IMG/VR virus record: IMGVR_UViG_2061766007_002390 | DNA: 46,296 nucleotides | Reading direction: 5' to 3' (one strand) | Origin: an uncultured virus (IMG/VR IMGVR_UViG_2061766007_002390) | Lineage: Duplodnaviria > Heunggongvirae > Uroviricota > Caudoviricetes | Part shown: positions 1 through 10,546 of the stretch, one piece after another | How positions within the stretch are numbered: position 1 is the stretch's first letter | Layout: every line of letters starts with the position of its first letter | Position numbers and translations under genes: made by a program | The notes under the pieces: model-generated | Database searches by the model: none | Told to the model about the DNA's origin: nothing | What the model saw: the letters and a program-made list of their open reading frames with translations, nothing else

Positions 1-268
1 TCCTCTTCAATAGTCTTACTTTCATTTATCATAACACTTTCATCAAGTTTCTCAGCAGGTACATCAAATCCTGTAGTATTGTCTGTAAGTATGAATGAGT
101 TTTCAACAACAACAGCCTTGTCAGAAATCCTATGAAGGAGTTTGCTTCCACCTATTGCAATATTGATATTGATATTGTCATTAACTGTCTTCAAGACAAC
201 AAGTTCATTCTTGTATATTGTACCATTGAACCTGATGTTCATCTCAACCATAGGATCTCCCTTTCTCA
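1..268 (-). other. Strain-variant duplicate of the C-terminal part of the RimK-like gene (about 1256-1522)
   Basis: Near-identical to 1256-1522 with scattered substitutions; ends at a 10-N gap. Confidence 0.85.
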
Positions 269-278
269 NNNNNNNNNN

Positions 279-794
279 TTTAATCTCTTTCTTGTCAGTC
301 AGTTTAAATTCCTTACTGGGGTCAACCACAACCTTGGCCCTGGACATAAAGTCCTTACAAAGAAGCATCCTACTCCTATATGTCTTTGTTCCAGACAGAT
401 CAGAAATCTTCAGGTCAACCAGTTCATCCTTGTATTCCTTACCATTGAACTTGATGTCAACCTTTATGACAGGTCTTTCAGTTGCCTTTCCATGATGCCA
501 GATTTTAATATGTTTTACAACATCATACTCTTTCTTCTCATCATTGAAATCAAATGAAACCTTACCATCCTTCTCTTCAAAATCCTGGACTATGATAGCA
601 TTGTATGCTGTGTTACCTGTGTCAAGTTTTGCCTTCATCTTACCAAGACCAATAACCTCTATCACCTCCTTGAATCCGGAAACCTCCTTACCGTCATGTG
701 TATCATTTGATACAGGGTGAACAGGAGTCTCTGGTATGAAGGCTTCCTCCCTCACACCTTTACTCTTTATATATTCATCAAATTTCTTTAACAT
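279..794 (-). CDS. RimB-like retropepsin-fold protease (RimK/LysX-associated 'Zn_protease' family); 3' end lost in gap
   Basis: Not in the ORF track. Manual translation: MLKKFDEYIKSK...GFKEVIEVIGLGKMKAKLDTGNTAYNAI...ERPVIKVDIKFNG...RMLLCKDFMSRAKVVVDPSK. AKLDTG, ERPVI and VDP motifs fit this family; lies downstream of RimK. Confidence 0.8.
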
Positions 795-798
795 ATTA

Positions 799-963
799 TT
801 ATTGAATTTTCTTAAATCCTAATTCTTCTTTGTTTGATGTAATCTTACCATCAGTACTCTCCTGCCATAGTTTCTTCACTGCTGCAACTTTCTCCTTAAA
901 CTCTCTCCTGAGTTTCTGTTTAATTGTCAGTGTTGTACTATCTTTTGAACAATTACATCCCAT
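799..963 (-). CDS. Small hypothetical protein (54 aa, MGCNCSKD...)
   Basis: Open frame ATG(963) to TAA(799) filling the space between RimK and the protease. Confidence 0.65.
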   Translation of the reverse strand: MGCNCSKDSTTLTIKQKLRREFKEKVAAVKKLWQESTDGKITSNKEELGFKKIQ

Positions 964-971
964 AATTTATA

Positions 972-2741
972 TTATTCAACATTCTTATACTTGGATAAGT
1001 CAACCTCATGTCCATAGAATGCTTCAATCACACCGGCAACCTTACAGGCATCTTCAAATGAGATGACATCATTACTGAAATAAGCATAATTCTCCTTGCA
1101 CTCAATAAGTTCATTACCCTTGTAACTCAATGTCCAGTTATCTTTACTTTCATTGATACCTTCAATCTTCCAGTTGTCATTCTCATATATTGACTGCTTA
1201 CCCTGGATATATCTTGTGATGAGTTTTCTCAAACCTCCAAGTCTGATGTTCTCACCCTCTTCAATAGTCTTACTTTCATTTAACATAACACTTTCATCAA
1301 GTTTCTCAGCAGGTACATCAAATCCTGTGGTATTATCTGTAAGGATAAATGAGTTTTCAACAACAACAGCCTTGTCAGAAATCCTATGTAGGAGTTTGCT
1401 TCCACCTATTGCAATATTGATATTGATATTATCATTAACTGTCTTCAAAACTACAAGTTCATTCTTGTAAACTGTACCATTGAACCTGATGTTCATCTCA
1501 ACCATAGGATCTCCCTTTCTCATACCTGAAAGTTCCATCTTATATGTAACGCCATTGAATACGAATGTCACGTCATCGTCCTTCGCATTTACTGAACTAC
1601 ACTGGAGTTCTGTGAATGTCTTGTTGTCATCAAACTTCATAGCAGCATCAACACCATCACCCAAATCCTTGAAAGTGACAGTTTCATACTTACCAATCTG
1701 ATCAGAATCATACTTGGTGTACTTAAAGTCCTTGAACATATCCATCAATGTACCTACAACATCATCACCGGCAGCAGTTGTAATACCCTTGGTACCAGGA
1801 GATGAGTTCACCTCAATCACATATGACTGCTTTGTCCTGGAATCCATAATAAGGTCAACACCGGCCCAACGGCAACCTGTTGCCTTTGCAGCCATCTTGG
1901 CAATCTTCTCCTGTTCTGATGTAAGGTGACCCTTCTCTGCTGTTGAACCGAGTGAATAGTTGCTTCTGAAATCACCGGCAAGCTGATTTCTCTGCATACA
2001 TCCGATAATCTCAAAGTTGTCAATACCTGGGGTCATTCTTTCAAATCCCCTATAGAGTACATGGATACGGAGGTCATAGTCTGAATTGATTTTCTCCTGA
2101 AGAAGAATGTCTGCCTTCGGTACAAGAGCAAATATTGCCTGGAGGACAGACTTCAATGAAATCATTGAATCTATCTGTGCGACACCAATACCCTGTGTTC
2201 CTTTTGTAATCTTGATTATAAGAGGAAAACCACCACCAACAGCAGCGACCTTATCTTCAAGTTTATTCATTGAAGAGTTGGTAACAACAGTGGTCTTTGG
2301 TGTAGGAACACCGGCAGCTTTAAGTTTCTTGTATGTAATGAACTTATCCTCACAGTTGTCAATTGCATCAAGAGTGTTCAATACAAAGAATCCATCATTC
2401 TGGAGTTCAGTAAGAAAATCCCTTGACTCAATATTCTTCAAAACTGTTCTTCTTGGAACAATGATGGTATTGTTTGGATTGAGGGTGAAAGTCTTTTTTG
2501 TTTCACCATTCTCAACTACATTGTAATCATCGTCACTACCCTTTGAGATTGTAGATGAAGAAGGATCAATTGTGACCAATTTCAATCCTGCCTTTTTGGC
2601 TGCCTCCTCAAAGAAAAACATTGAATTGGAACTCTTTGTGGTCTTTTCTGCCCTACTTGACAAGAAAACAACCTGAATGTTCTTTGCTTTCTTACTTTCA
2701 TTAAGAGGAGCATATCCTTTACTTGTATATTTCATAGTCAT
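972..2741 (-). CDS. rimK: RimK-family ATP-grasp ligase fused to a degenerate RimB-like domain and a C-terminal extension
   Basis: ATP-grasp motifs DKFITY..L..AGVPTPKT, FPLIIK..KGTQGIGV, LLQEKI, DLRIHV, FRSNYSLG, GVDLI, IEVNSSPG. The following IGKYETVTF...KFDDN...PMVEMNIRFNG region resembles the neighbouring protease but lacks DTG. Start placed at ATG 2741 (or 2735), just downstream of the late promoter. Confidence 0.88.
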   Translation of the reverse strand: MTMKYTSKGYAPLNESKKAKNIQVVFLSSRAEKTTKSSNSMFFFEEAAKKAGLKLVTIDPSSSTISKGSDDDYNVVENGETKKTFTLNPNNTIIVPRRTVLKNIESRDFLTELQNDGFFVLNTLDAIDNCEDKFITYKKLKAAGVPTPKTTVVTNSSMNKLEDKVAAVGGGFPLIIKITKGTQGIGVAQIDSMISLKSVLQAIFALVPKADILLQEKINSDYDLRIHVLYRGFERMTPGIDNFEIIGCMQRNQLAGDFRSNYSLGSTAEKGHLTSEQEKIAKMAAKATGCRWAGVDLIMDSRTKQSYVIEVNSSPGTKGITTAAGDDVVGTLMDMFKDFKYTKYDSDQIGKYETVTFKDLGDGVDAAMKFDDNKTFTELQCSSVNAKDDDVTFVFNGVTYKMELSGMRKGDPMVEMNIRFNGTVYKNELVVLKTVNDNININIAIGGSKLLHRISDKAVVVENSFILTDNTTGFDVPAEKLDESVMLNESKTIEEGENIRLGGLRKLITRYIQGKQSIYENDNWKIEGINESKDNWTLSYKGNELIECKENYAYFSNDVISFEDACKVAGVIEAFYGHEVDLSKYKNVE

Positions 2742-2764
2742 AAATGTATATAATTTCAATATAG

Positions 2765-2772
2765 TATTTATG
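2765..2772 (-). promoter_or_regulatory. Late promoter CATAAATA
   Basis: One of 11 intergenic CATAAATA sites; variant of the T4 late promoter TATAAATA. Confidence 0.75.
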
Positions 2773-2803
2773 AAAAAGAGTGAGACTTGAAATCTCACTC
2801 TTT
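2773..2803 (-). terminator. Intrinsic terminator
   Basis: AAAGAGTGAGA-cttgaaa-TCTCACTCTTT hairpin with a T-tract on the minus strand. Confidence 0.8.
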
Positions 2804-2818
2804 AAAGAAATATATTTC

Positions 2819-3937
2819 TCATTTTCTTTTTAATGTTCTATGACTGATATAGTATCTGTCAGGTTCAGACCACTCTTCTTCCCACTCATCAAAGTCTGTA
2901 ATTGGTTTGGTTCCATACCTACTTTCATCATCTTTTATGTTCCAGTCTGAATCATATTCATAATAAGCATCAATACCAAATTTCTTACTTACATCCTTCA
3001 TTATATCCTGAATATCTATAACATCAATAGACATAGGATCAAAATATAATTTACCATCAACAATCTGAACAGGAATTTGACTAATTTGATATTTGCCCTG
3101 AACATCATAAATCTTATTCTTCTTCAATGATGAAGAATGCATATTATTATTATAATATGTATCATAGATATACTGAATGATTTCAGCATCTTTTGGATTG
3201 GATTTCTTCCAGACATCAACTTCTTCCCTATACTTTCTTTCATCCTCTTCCTTTTTAATTCTTTTCTCTTCTTCCTTTGCCTGTCTTTCTGCTTCTCTTT
3301 CTGCCTCCCTCTTATTATATTCCTCTTCTTCAGCCTTTCTGATGGCATTTGTGGCAGCTCTTTTTTTGTTGATTGGTGCAAGTCTCTTCTTTCTTAAAAT
3401 ATCCTTGGTCTTTGAACTAATCCTTCCATAATTACGAAGACCTGTAAAGAATATCCTCATCACATATCTATAATCAACCTTCTCACAAATCATGCAAATA
3501 CCTTTGTCTGGAGAAATAACCATCCAAACAGTATCAATTGAAATCATATCCTTTAATACATTGGGTAATGAATTAATGGTACTAACAAGCTCATTATATA
3601 CAGGTATCACATGACTAACTTTATACTTACTGCCTTTGAAAGTTTCCTTTGGGTCTTCACCATTGAAATAGCATCTTCTTGCCCTGTACATATTGAGATC
3701 ATCCTTCCTATATAAATCAATAAATGTCCAGGAATTGTCCATCATTGCCTGAAATACACCAGAACTTGGATATACCTTATCCATTGGTTTTGATACATAA
3801 CTTCCATCATCCTGTCTGGTGAACCTGAAAAGTTTATCAATACCTATTTTCTTTGCAAGTACATCTTCTATATCTGTACCGGGAGCAATAGATTCATATA
3901 TATCCTCAATATATTCACTAAATCTTTTTACTATCAT
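2819..3937 (-). CDS. Hypothetical protein, probable internal head protein with a charged coiled coil
   Basis: Likely start MIVKRFSEYIEDIYES resembles a T4 capsid-targeting peptide; E/K/R-rich helical centre. Confidence 0.7.
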   Translation of the reverse strand: MIVKRFSEYIEDIYESIAPGTDIEDVLAKKIGIDKLFRFTRQDDGSYVSKPMDKVYPSSGVFQAMMDNSWTFIDLYRKDDLNMYRARRCYFNGEDPKETFKGSKYKVSHVIPVYNELVSTINSLPNVLKDMISIDTVWMVISPDKGICMICEKVDYRYVMRIFFTGLRNYGRISSKTKDILRKKRLAPINKKRAATNAIRKAEEEEYNKREAEREAERQAKEEEKRIKKEEDERKYREEVDVWKKSNPKDAEIIQYIYDTYYNNNMHSSSLKKNKIYDVQGKYQISQIPVQIVDGKLYFDPMSIDVIDIQDIMKDVSKKFGIDAYYEYDSDWNIKDDESRYGTKPITDFDEWEEEWSEPDRYYISHRTLKRK

Positions 3938-3947
3938 ATTATATAAC

Positions 3948-6900
3948 TTATTTTCTTCTGTCCATATTGTTGTATGTCCTGTCAACATACTCTCTGAAAT
4001 CATCCACATAGTCATAAACCTTTGCATTTGGTGAATGTACACAAGGTTCATCTTCCTTCCTGAATTTCTTTGATTTCTTCTTTTTCTTTTTTATCTGTTT
4101 GAGGAACATTGTGTATGGTGCAACCTGATGATAAACTATTCCTGTTGGTGATGGAAGGTCTCCTGAACCAGGAGTACCATCAGGTCCTGGAAAATAAGCA
4201 GCACCCATTCCTCCTACACTGGCTGGTGTTGCACCACCTGGAACACCTTCACATTCCTTGATGACATTTTCAGCATTACTCCATTTAACATATATTGTCA
4301 TCTGTTCATCCCATGAAAGAGATTCCCATATATCCTTTGGATCATCATAATCATCATCATGTTCCAAAGAATCGATAATTTCTTTCTGAAAATTTTTATC
4401 CAAAGAATCCCACCATGAATATAAGGTATCAAATGGACTTTCACCTGCTTTTTTCACAAATCCTATTTTCTTGATTTTTTCTTCCAATTCATTAATGCCA
4501 TCATCTATGATTTTTTCTATCTTTTGCCAGTTTCTTCTGACATATCCTATTTGTTTCTGTGCCATTTCTTTGGCATCTTTACGGTCAGGTAGGTTCCATG
4601 ATCTTTCAATTAAATCTTCAAGATCACCAATCTTATTTTTATATTCTTCAAAATATACAATCCTATCAATAAATGACTTAACTATAAATTTAATATCATC
4701 AAATGTTAAATCATCCTCTTTCCTGACAGTAGTTCCTCTTCCCCTATCAAGTATATCTTCCCAGACTGATTCATTGATAATATCATCAACTTTTTTTTCA
4801 AACTCAACTATTCCCCCACAATCACCCCAATTATCCTGTACATATTTGATAACTTTATCATATGCTTCATCCTCAATGGGATCACCCCCAACTGTCATTA
4901 GATGGTCTTCCTTTCTTCTTGTAATATATTCTACAAACCCATCAAGTGTATTACCATAACGCTTATTGTAAATAGCATTCTTATACATACCTATAACACC
5001 TTTGAGTAAAAATTTGTCAGTTTCATTCAACACTTCATCCTCCTTTCTTACAGTTTCACCAGACCCCTTGTCAAGCATTCCACCCCAGGTGGATTCATTG
5101 GTTTCTTTATTACACTCAACATATTCTGTCATTTTCTCTGTCCAGTCAAGGTCTCCCCACATCTCATCAGGATGTACATAGTTATCTTCAGCACCCCTGG
5201 CAATCAAGACATCTTGCTTTTCATAACTTTCCAATGAATCCCACCAGTCATCANNNNNNNNNNCTTCTTTGATTTCTTCTTTTTCTTTTTTATCTGTTTA
5301 AGAAACATTGTGTATGGTGCAACCTGGTGGTAAACTATACCTGTTGGTGATGGAAGATCTCCTGAACCAGGAGTACCATCAGGTCCTGGAAAATAAGCAG
5401 CACCCATNNNNNNNNNNNNNNNNNNNNNNNNNNNNNNNNNNNNNNNNNNNNNNNNNNNNNNNNNNNNNNNNNNNNNNNNNNNNNNNNNNNNNNNNNNNNN
5501 NNNNNNNNNNNNNNNNNNNNNNNNNNNNNNNNNNNNNNNNNNNNNNNNNNNNNNNNNNNNNNNNNNNNNNNNNNTGTATCAAATGGACTTTCACCTGCTT
5601 TTTTCACAAATCCTATTTTTTTGATGTTTTCTTCCAATTCATTAACTCTATCATCTATGATTTTTTCTATCTTTTGCCAGTTTCTTCTGACATATCCTAN
5701 NNNNNNNNNNNNNNNNNNNNNNNNNNNNNNNNNNNNNNNNNNNNNNNNNNNNNNNNNNNNNNNNNNNNNNNNNNNNNNNNNNNNNNNNNNNNNNNNNNNN
5801 NNNNNNNNNNNNNNNNNNNNNNNNNNNNNNNNNNNNNNNNNNNNNNNNNNNNNNNNNNNNNNNNNNNNNNNNNNNNNNNNNNNNNNNNNNNNNNNNNNNN
5901 NNNNNNNNNNNNNNNNNNNNNNNNNNNNNNNNNNNNNNNNNNNNNNNNNNNNNNNNNNNNNNNNNNNNNNNNNNNNNNNNNNNNNNNNNNNNNNNNNNNN
6001 NNNNNNNNNNNNNNNNNNNNNNNNNNNNNNNNNNNNNNNNNNNNNNNNNNNNNNNNNNNNNNNNNNNNNNNNNNNNNNNNNNNNNNNNNNNNNNNNNNNN
6101 NNNNNNNNNNNNNNNNNNNNNNNNNNNNNNNNNNNNNNNNNNNNNNNNNNNNNNNNNNNNNNNNNNNNNNNNNNNNNNNNNNNNNNNNNNNNNNNNNNNN
6201 NNNNNNNNNNNNNNNNNNNNNNNNNNNNNNNNNNNNNNNNNNNNNNNNNNNNNNNNNNNNNNNNNNNNNNNNNNNNNNNNNNNNNNNNNNNNNNNNNNNN
6301 NNNNNNNNNNCACCTCTGTCAAGGATTCCACCCCAGGTGGATTCATTTACATATTGCTCTTGTGGGTCATTCTGTCTATCTTCTATTGCATCATTAACCA
6401 AATCACATATCTCATTAAACCAAAAGTTTTTTACATAATCAATTATTTTTGGATCTGATTCCATATTCTTTTCAAGAAAATCACAGAACTCATCAAGATT
6501 ACATGCCTCGGTTCCTCTACCCTCACCATATACAATCTCATATGCATAATGTGAAATATATTGTTTAAGGGTTTCCATTTCCTCATCTGTCAGTTCATCC
6601 TCCTTTCTTACAGTCTCACCAGCACCCCTATCAAGCATTCCACCCCAGGTGGATTCATTGACATCAGGATTATTCAACTTATCAATGATGTCATCAACAG
6701 TAGCGTTTACATTGTTAACCGCATCTTCTATAGTAGGAAGTACAACATCTTCCCAATGGTCTTCAGCATANNNNNNNNNNATCACCCCACATTTCATCAG
6801 GATGTACATAGTTATCTTCAGCACCCCTGGCAGTCAAGACATCTTGCTTTTCATAACTTTCCAATGAATCCCACCAGTCATCAAGAGTTCCATCTATTGT

Positions 6901-8206
6901 TTTTCCAGGTTCTTTTTCAAATCCTATTTTTTTTATGTTTTCCTCTATTCTGTTGATGTCCTCATCTACAGTCTTCTTGAAAACTTTACCTTTATCCCAG
7001 TTCCTTCTGGTATAATCAACCTTCTTCTGGACACATTCTTTACCATCATCAGTAAAAATATTCCACCTTTCTTTCATGAATTTTTCAAAATCATCAAATG
7101 TGTTCTCATACTGTTCATAATACACAATTCTTTCTGCAAATCCAATGAAAGAATATTTCATATCATCAGGTGTCAGATCATCCTCCTTTCTTACAGTTTC
7201 ACCAGAACCCCTATCAAGCATTCCACCCCAGGTAGATTCATTTACATTTTGGTCTTTCAAACTATTAATGATGTCATCAACAGTAGCATTTACTTTGTTA
7301 ACTGCATCTTCTATAGTAGGAAGTACAACATCTTCCCAATGGTCTTCAGCATACTGTAGGAGATTTTCCATATTATACTTGAGTTGTAACATTCTTGGAG
7401 CTTCTCTGTAATCCTTTACAAATGCCTTGAAATCTGGCCAACTATCAACAACATAATCACCTTTGAATGCAATTGAGGCAAACATATCTATATATGATGC
7501 AAGTGCCTTCTGAATTTCTTGAGGAATTTCATCCTCCTTTCTTACAGTTTCACCAGCACCCCTGTCAAGCATTCCACCCCAGGTTGATTCATTGACAAGC
7601 ATATTATCTTTATTATTCAAAAAGAATTCAATTATATCTATATATGTCTGATTGGTACAAGTATCATCTTTTTCTTTTATAAGTCTTTTGCATGTACCTA
7701 CATTTTCTACATTAAACTTTTCTGATAAAGCCCACAAAAATGAGTGTCTTATTTTTACACCTACACCAGACCAAGATAACTCAATATAATCTATTTCACC
7801 ATCCTCATTATAAATAGCCTTTAATGATATATTACCTATTATATCAACACAAATTACCCATAGACTGAATCTATCATCAACAAATTTATCCAGATAAAAT
7901 ATCCTTTTCTCATATTTGGACTTGATATAATCATANNNNNNNNNNCAACACAATATGATCTATTTCACCATCCTCATTATAAATAGCATTTAATGATATA
8001 TTACCTATTATATCAACACAAATTTCCCATAAATTGAATTTATCTGTATACTTATCCAGATAAAATATCCTTTTCTCATATTTGGACTTGATATAATCAT
8101 AAAGACCATCAAAATCAAGGAGATTGACATCATCCTCCTTTCTGATAGTCTCTCCTGTACCCCTGTCAAGAATATCTCCCCAGACTGATTCACTAATTTT
8201 CTTCAT
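3948..8206 (-). CDS. Large modular repeat-motif polyprotein, fragmented across gaps and strain variants
   Basis: Starts MKKISESVWGDILDRGTGETIRKEDD at 8206. Overlapping fragments 7931-8206, 6781-7935, 6311-6770 and 3948-5253 carry 7 copies of the NESxWGGxLDRG motif. Ends in a Gly/Pro-rich segment and a poly-Lys tract. Confidence 0.75.
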
Positions 8207-8211
8207 AATAA

Positions 8212-8219
8212 TATTTATG
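8212..8219 (-). promoter_or_regulatory. Late promoter CATAAATA
   Basis: 5 nt upstream of the ATG at 8206. Confidence 0.72.
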
Positions 8220-8320
8220 AAAAAANNNNNNNNNNGTGACTCTCTTCAATGAACTTAATGTCACCAAACTTCTCAAGTACCAGATTCCTGCAATCTCTGA
8301 CCTTGGAATCNNNNNNNNNN

Positions 8321-9151
8321 GTCCGGAATCTTGTCTATATAAATCCTCTCATATGTTCCGTCATCCTTCAACCAAATAAGTACCCTGTCTATGATTTTGA
8401 GTCCTATTGACTCAAGCATCCTCTGGTATATGTTGAACTGGAGTGTATAATGGGAAAGAGGTTCATCAATGAACTTGGACATACACCCTGTCATTCTGAC
8501 ATTATTAGTCCTGTTATAATCCTTTATGAGACTTTTGTTTGTCTTCCAGTCACCAATCACATAACTGTCCTTTTCACTGTCATAGAACAAAAGGTCACAT
8601 GTACCGCATATTTTAAGTGCATCCCTGATGAACTTGGATGAGAGTTTGAACTCTGCACCCACAGGATGAAGATTTGATTCCAATTCATCATAGAACTTCT
8701 TGACTGCCTCCTCCTTCGGATATGTGGGAACCATTGTATTGTATTCCTCAATATACTGTGGTTTGTTCTGTTCACATATGAGTTCAGAATGACCACACAG
8801 AAGGTTTGTATAACTCTCACCGAATTCATGTGTCCTGGTACCGGATATGGTTGCCTTCAGGTTATTGAGTTTCCATTCCTTCTGGACATCATCCTTGTTC
8901 TTTCTCCATTTGATTGCATAGTCTGTGGCCTTCTGATCCCAATCAACTTCCGGTTCATACTCCTTGATGATGTTACTTACAGGTGTATATTCCTCATCAT
9001 TGATGAAATACTGATGACTCTCCTCAATGAACTTGATATCACCAAACTTCTCAAGTACCAGATTCCTGCAATCTCTGACCTTGGAATCTATCACATTCTT
9101 ATCCTGTACCTTCTTCTCGAAGGAGTTATTGAAAATATCATCAAAATCCAT
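8321..9151 (-). CDS. PD-(D/E)XK (Cas4/RecB-like) exonuclease; C-terminus lost in gap
   Basis: GTRTHEFGE, AEFKL, ICGTCDLLF, IGDWKT and HYTLQFNIY (QxxxY) motifs. Confidence 0.8.
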
Positions 9152-9154
9152 AAT

Positions 9155-9424
9155 CTACAATTTACCTATTATCATATCTGGAGTAATGACAACATACTCC
9201 ACATCCTCAACCTTAATATATATTCCTCCCATATCTGCAAATGCAATATGGTCTCCCTTCTTCCACTCATTCTCAAGACCCACACTGTCAATCACTCCGG
9301 TATATGGTTCAGGTATCTCATACATATTCTGGGGTTGTCTGTCTGGAAGAATCAGGGGTGAATTGTTCACACTCTTATCCTTCACCAATATTACAGTATC
9401 ATTTATTGCCTGAAACTTCATCAT
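9155..9424 (-). CDS. groES: GroES/Cpn10-like co-chaperonin
   Basis: 89 aa; FQAINDTVIL, LILPD mobile-loop-like segment, TGVIDSVG, KKGDHIAF, EYVVI..DMIIGKL. Confidence 0.75.
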   Translation of the reverse strand: MMKFQAINDTVILVKDKSVNNSPLILPDRQPQNMYEIPEPYTGVIDSVGLENEWKKGDHIAFADMGGIYIKVEDVEYVVITPDMIIGKL

Positions 9425-10482
9425 AACCTATCCCTATATTCCATCATCTTATCCTGAACACCCTTCTTCATCTCTTCAGTCAGATCCTGCTTAAGAAGAA
9501 AATCCTCCACATATTCATCACTGCTCTTTGCATCATTGAAGTTGAACTCACCTGTTGTTTCCAATTCCTGCATCACATTATCACCAACAGGAACAAAACT
9601 TCTGTATGATGATTTCAATTGGGAACAGAAGTCATCAAAATTACACTTGGTGATGTCACTGCTCTTTATATGGAGTTCAATCCTGTTGTTCTTCCATCTT
9701 TCATTCAGTTCACCTACTGTTGTATAGATGAGATCATAAATGTTCTCTTTCATATATTTGGGTGAAACAGTGTTCTCAATGAAACTGGTTTTTCCAGTCT
9801 TAATTTCCAGGACTGTTATACCTTTTATATTATCCCTGTCACCTCTGTCCTTATGATAAGGATTACCTACATAATGGATATTCTTATTGTCCTGTCTGAT
9901 GTGAATGTGTCCGGCATATACCTGGGATTTCTTAAAGTCTCCACCCTGGACACCACCAGAAACATTGATTTTCACACCTGACCTGTTGGCAACCTGTGAA
10001 CCATTGATTTCAAGATGACCAAAGATATAATCAACATTGACACCAGAAAGAACCTGTTTCTCCTTTTCAGGATCCTCAATCCAAGGATTGAAAAGACAGG
10101 ACTTTCCATCAATGACCTCAACAATCGGTGTGTAATACACTTTCACACCAGGTATGTGCTTCAACATATTGATTGATGTGATGTCATTGGTTGACTTCTT
10201 CAGGATGTCATGGTTACCCACAGTTATCCTGATGTCCTTGAAGATTTCAGAGAACTGCTCAAAAAGTTTGATGACTCTGTGTATGGTGTTCAGACCAATT
10301 GTTGAGCGGTTGTCAAAGACATCTCCGAGATGAATGAGCATATCTCCCTCCTTCACTTCCTTCCTCATCAATGGTATGACAACATCTTCAAAGTAACCTA
10401 TGTAATCATCAAGCCACTCCTCATCATCACCTTTATAACCAAAGTGAGTGTCTGCTAAAAGCCAAATCTTTCTATTTTCCAT
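9421..10482 (-). CDS. Mre11/SbcD-family recombination nuclease subunit (T4 gp47-like)
   Basis: Metallophosphoesterase motifs ADTHFG, HLGDVFD, VGNHD, GHLE, GHIH, YVGNPY. Confidence 0.88.
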   Translation of the reverse strand: MENRKIWLLADTHFGYKGDDEEWLDDYIGYFEDVVIPLMRKEVKEGDMLIHLGDVFDNRSTIGLNTIHRVIKLFEQFSEIFKDIRITVGNHDILKKSTNDITSINMLKHIPGVKVYYTPIVEVIDGKSCLFNPWIEDPEKEKQVLSGVNVDYIFGHLEINGSQVANRSGVKINVSGGVQGGDFKKSQVYAGHIHIRQDNKNIHYVGNPYHKDRGDRDNIKGITVLEIKTGKTSFIENTVSPKYMKENIYDLIYTTVGELNERWKNNRIELHIKSSDITKCNFDDFCSQLKSSYRSFVPVGDNVMQELETTGEFNFNDAKSSDEYVEDFLLKQDLTEEMKKGVQDKMMEYRDRL

Positions 10483-10486
10483 ACAT

Positions 10487-10498
10487 TAAATATAACAA
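10487..10498 (-). promoter_or_regulatory. Early/middle promoter motif TTGTTATATTTA
   Basis: Recurs upstream of 8 non-virion genes; contains a Bacteroidota -7-like TAnnTTT(G/A). Confidence 0.6.
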
Positions 10499-10546
10499 TA
10501 AAGGAGGTATTTTGTAACCCCCTTCATTTAATGGTCTGAAAATGAA

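Noticed and set aside
799..963. MGCNC N-terminus as a eukaryotic lipidation signal
   Set aside because: The context is a bacterial phage and nothing else supports it.
5308..6438. ORF-track entries spanning long N runs, and short antisense ORFs throughout
   Set aside because: They are artefacts of untranslatable gaps or shadows of real genes on the opposite strand.
8321..9151. Cas4 as part of a CRISPR-Cas system
   Set aside because: No array or other cas genes, and no clear four-Cys Fe-S motif; a generic phage exonuclease is more likely.
9149..9157. TAG recoding (code 15) fusing GroES to the nuclease
   Set aside because: The TAG is in frame with the next ATG, but GroES is complete at that point and ORFs of up to 798 aa have no in-frame TAG.
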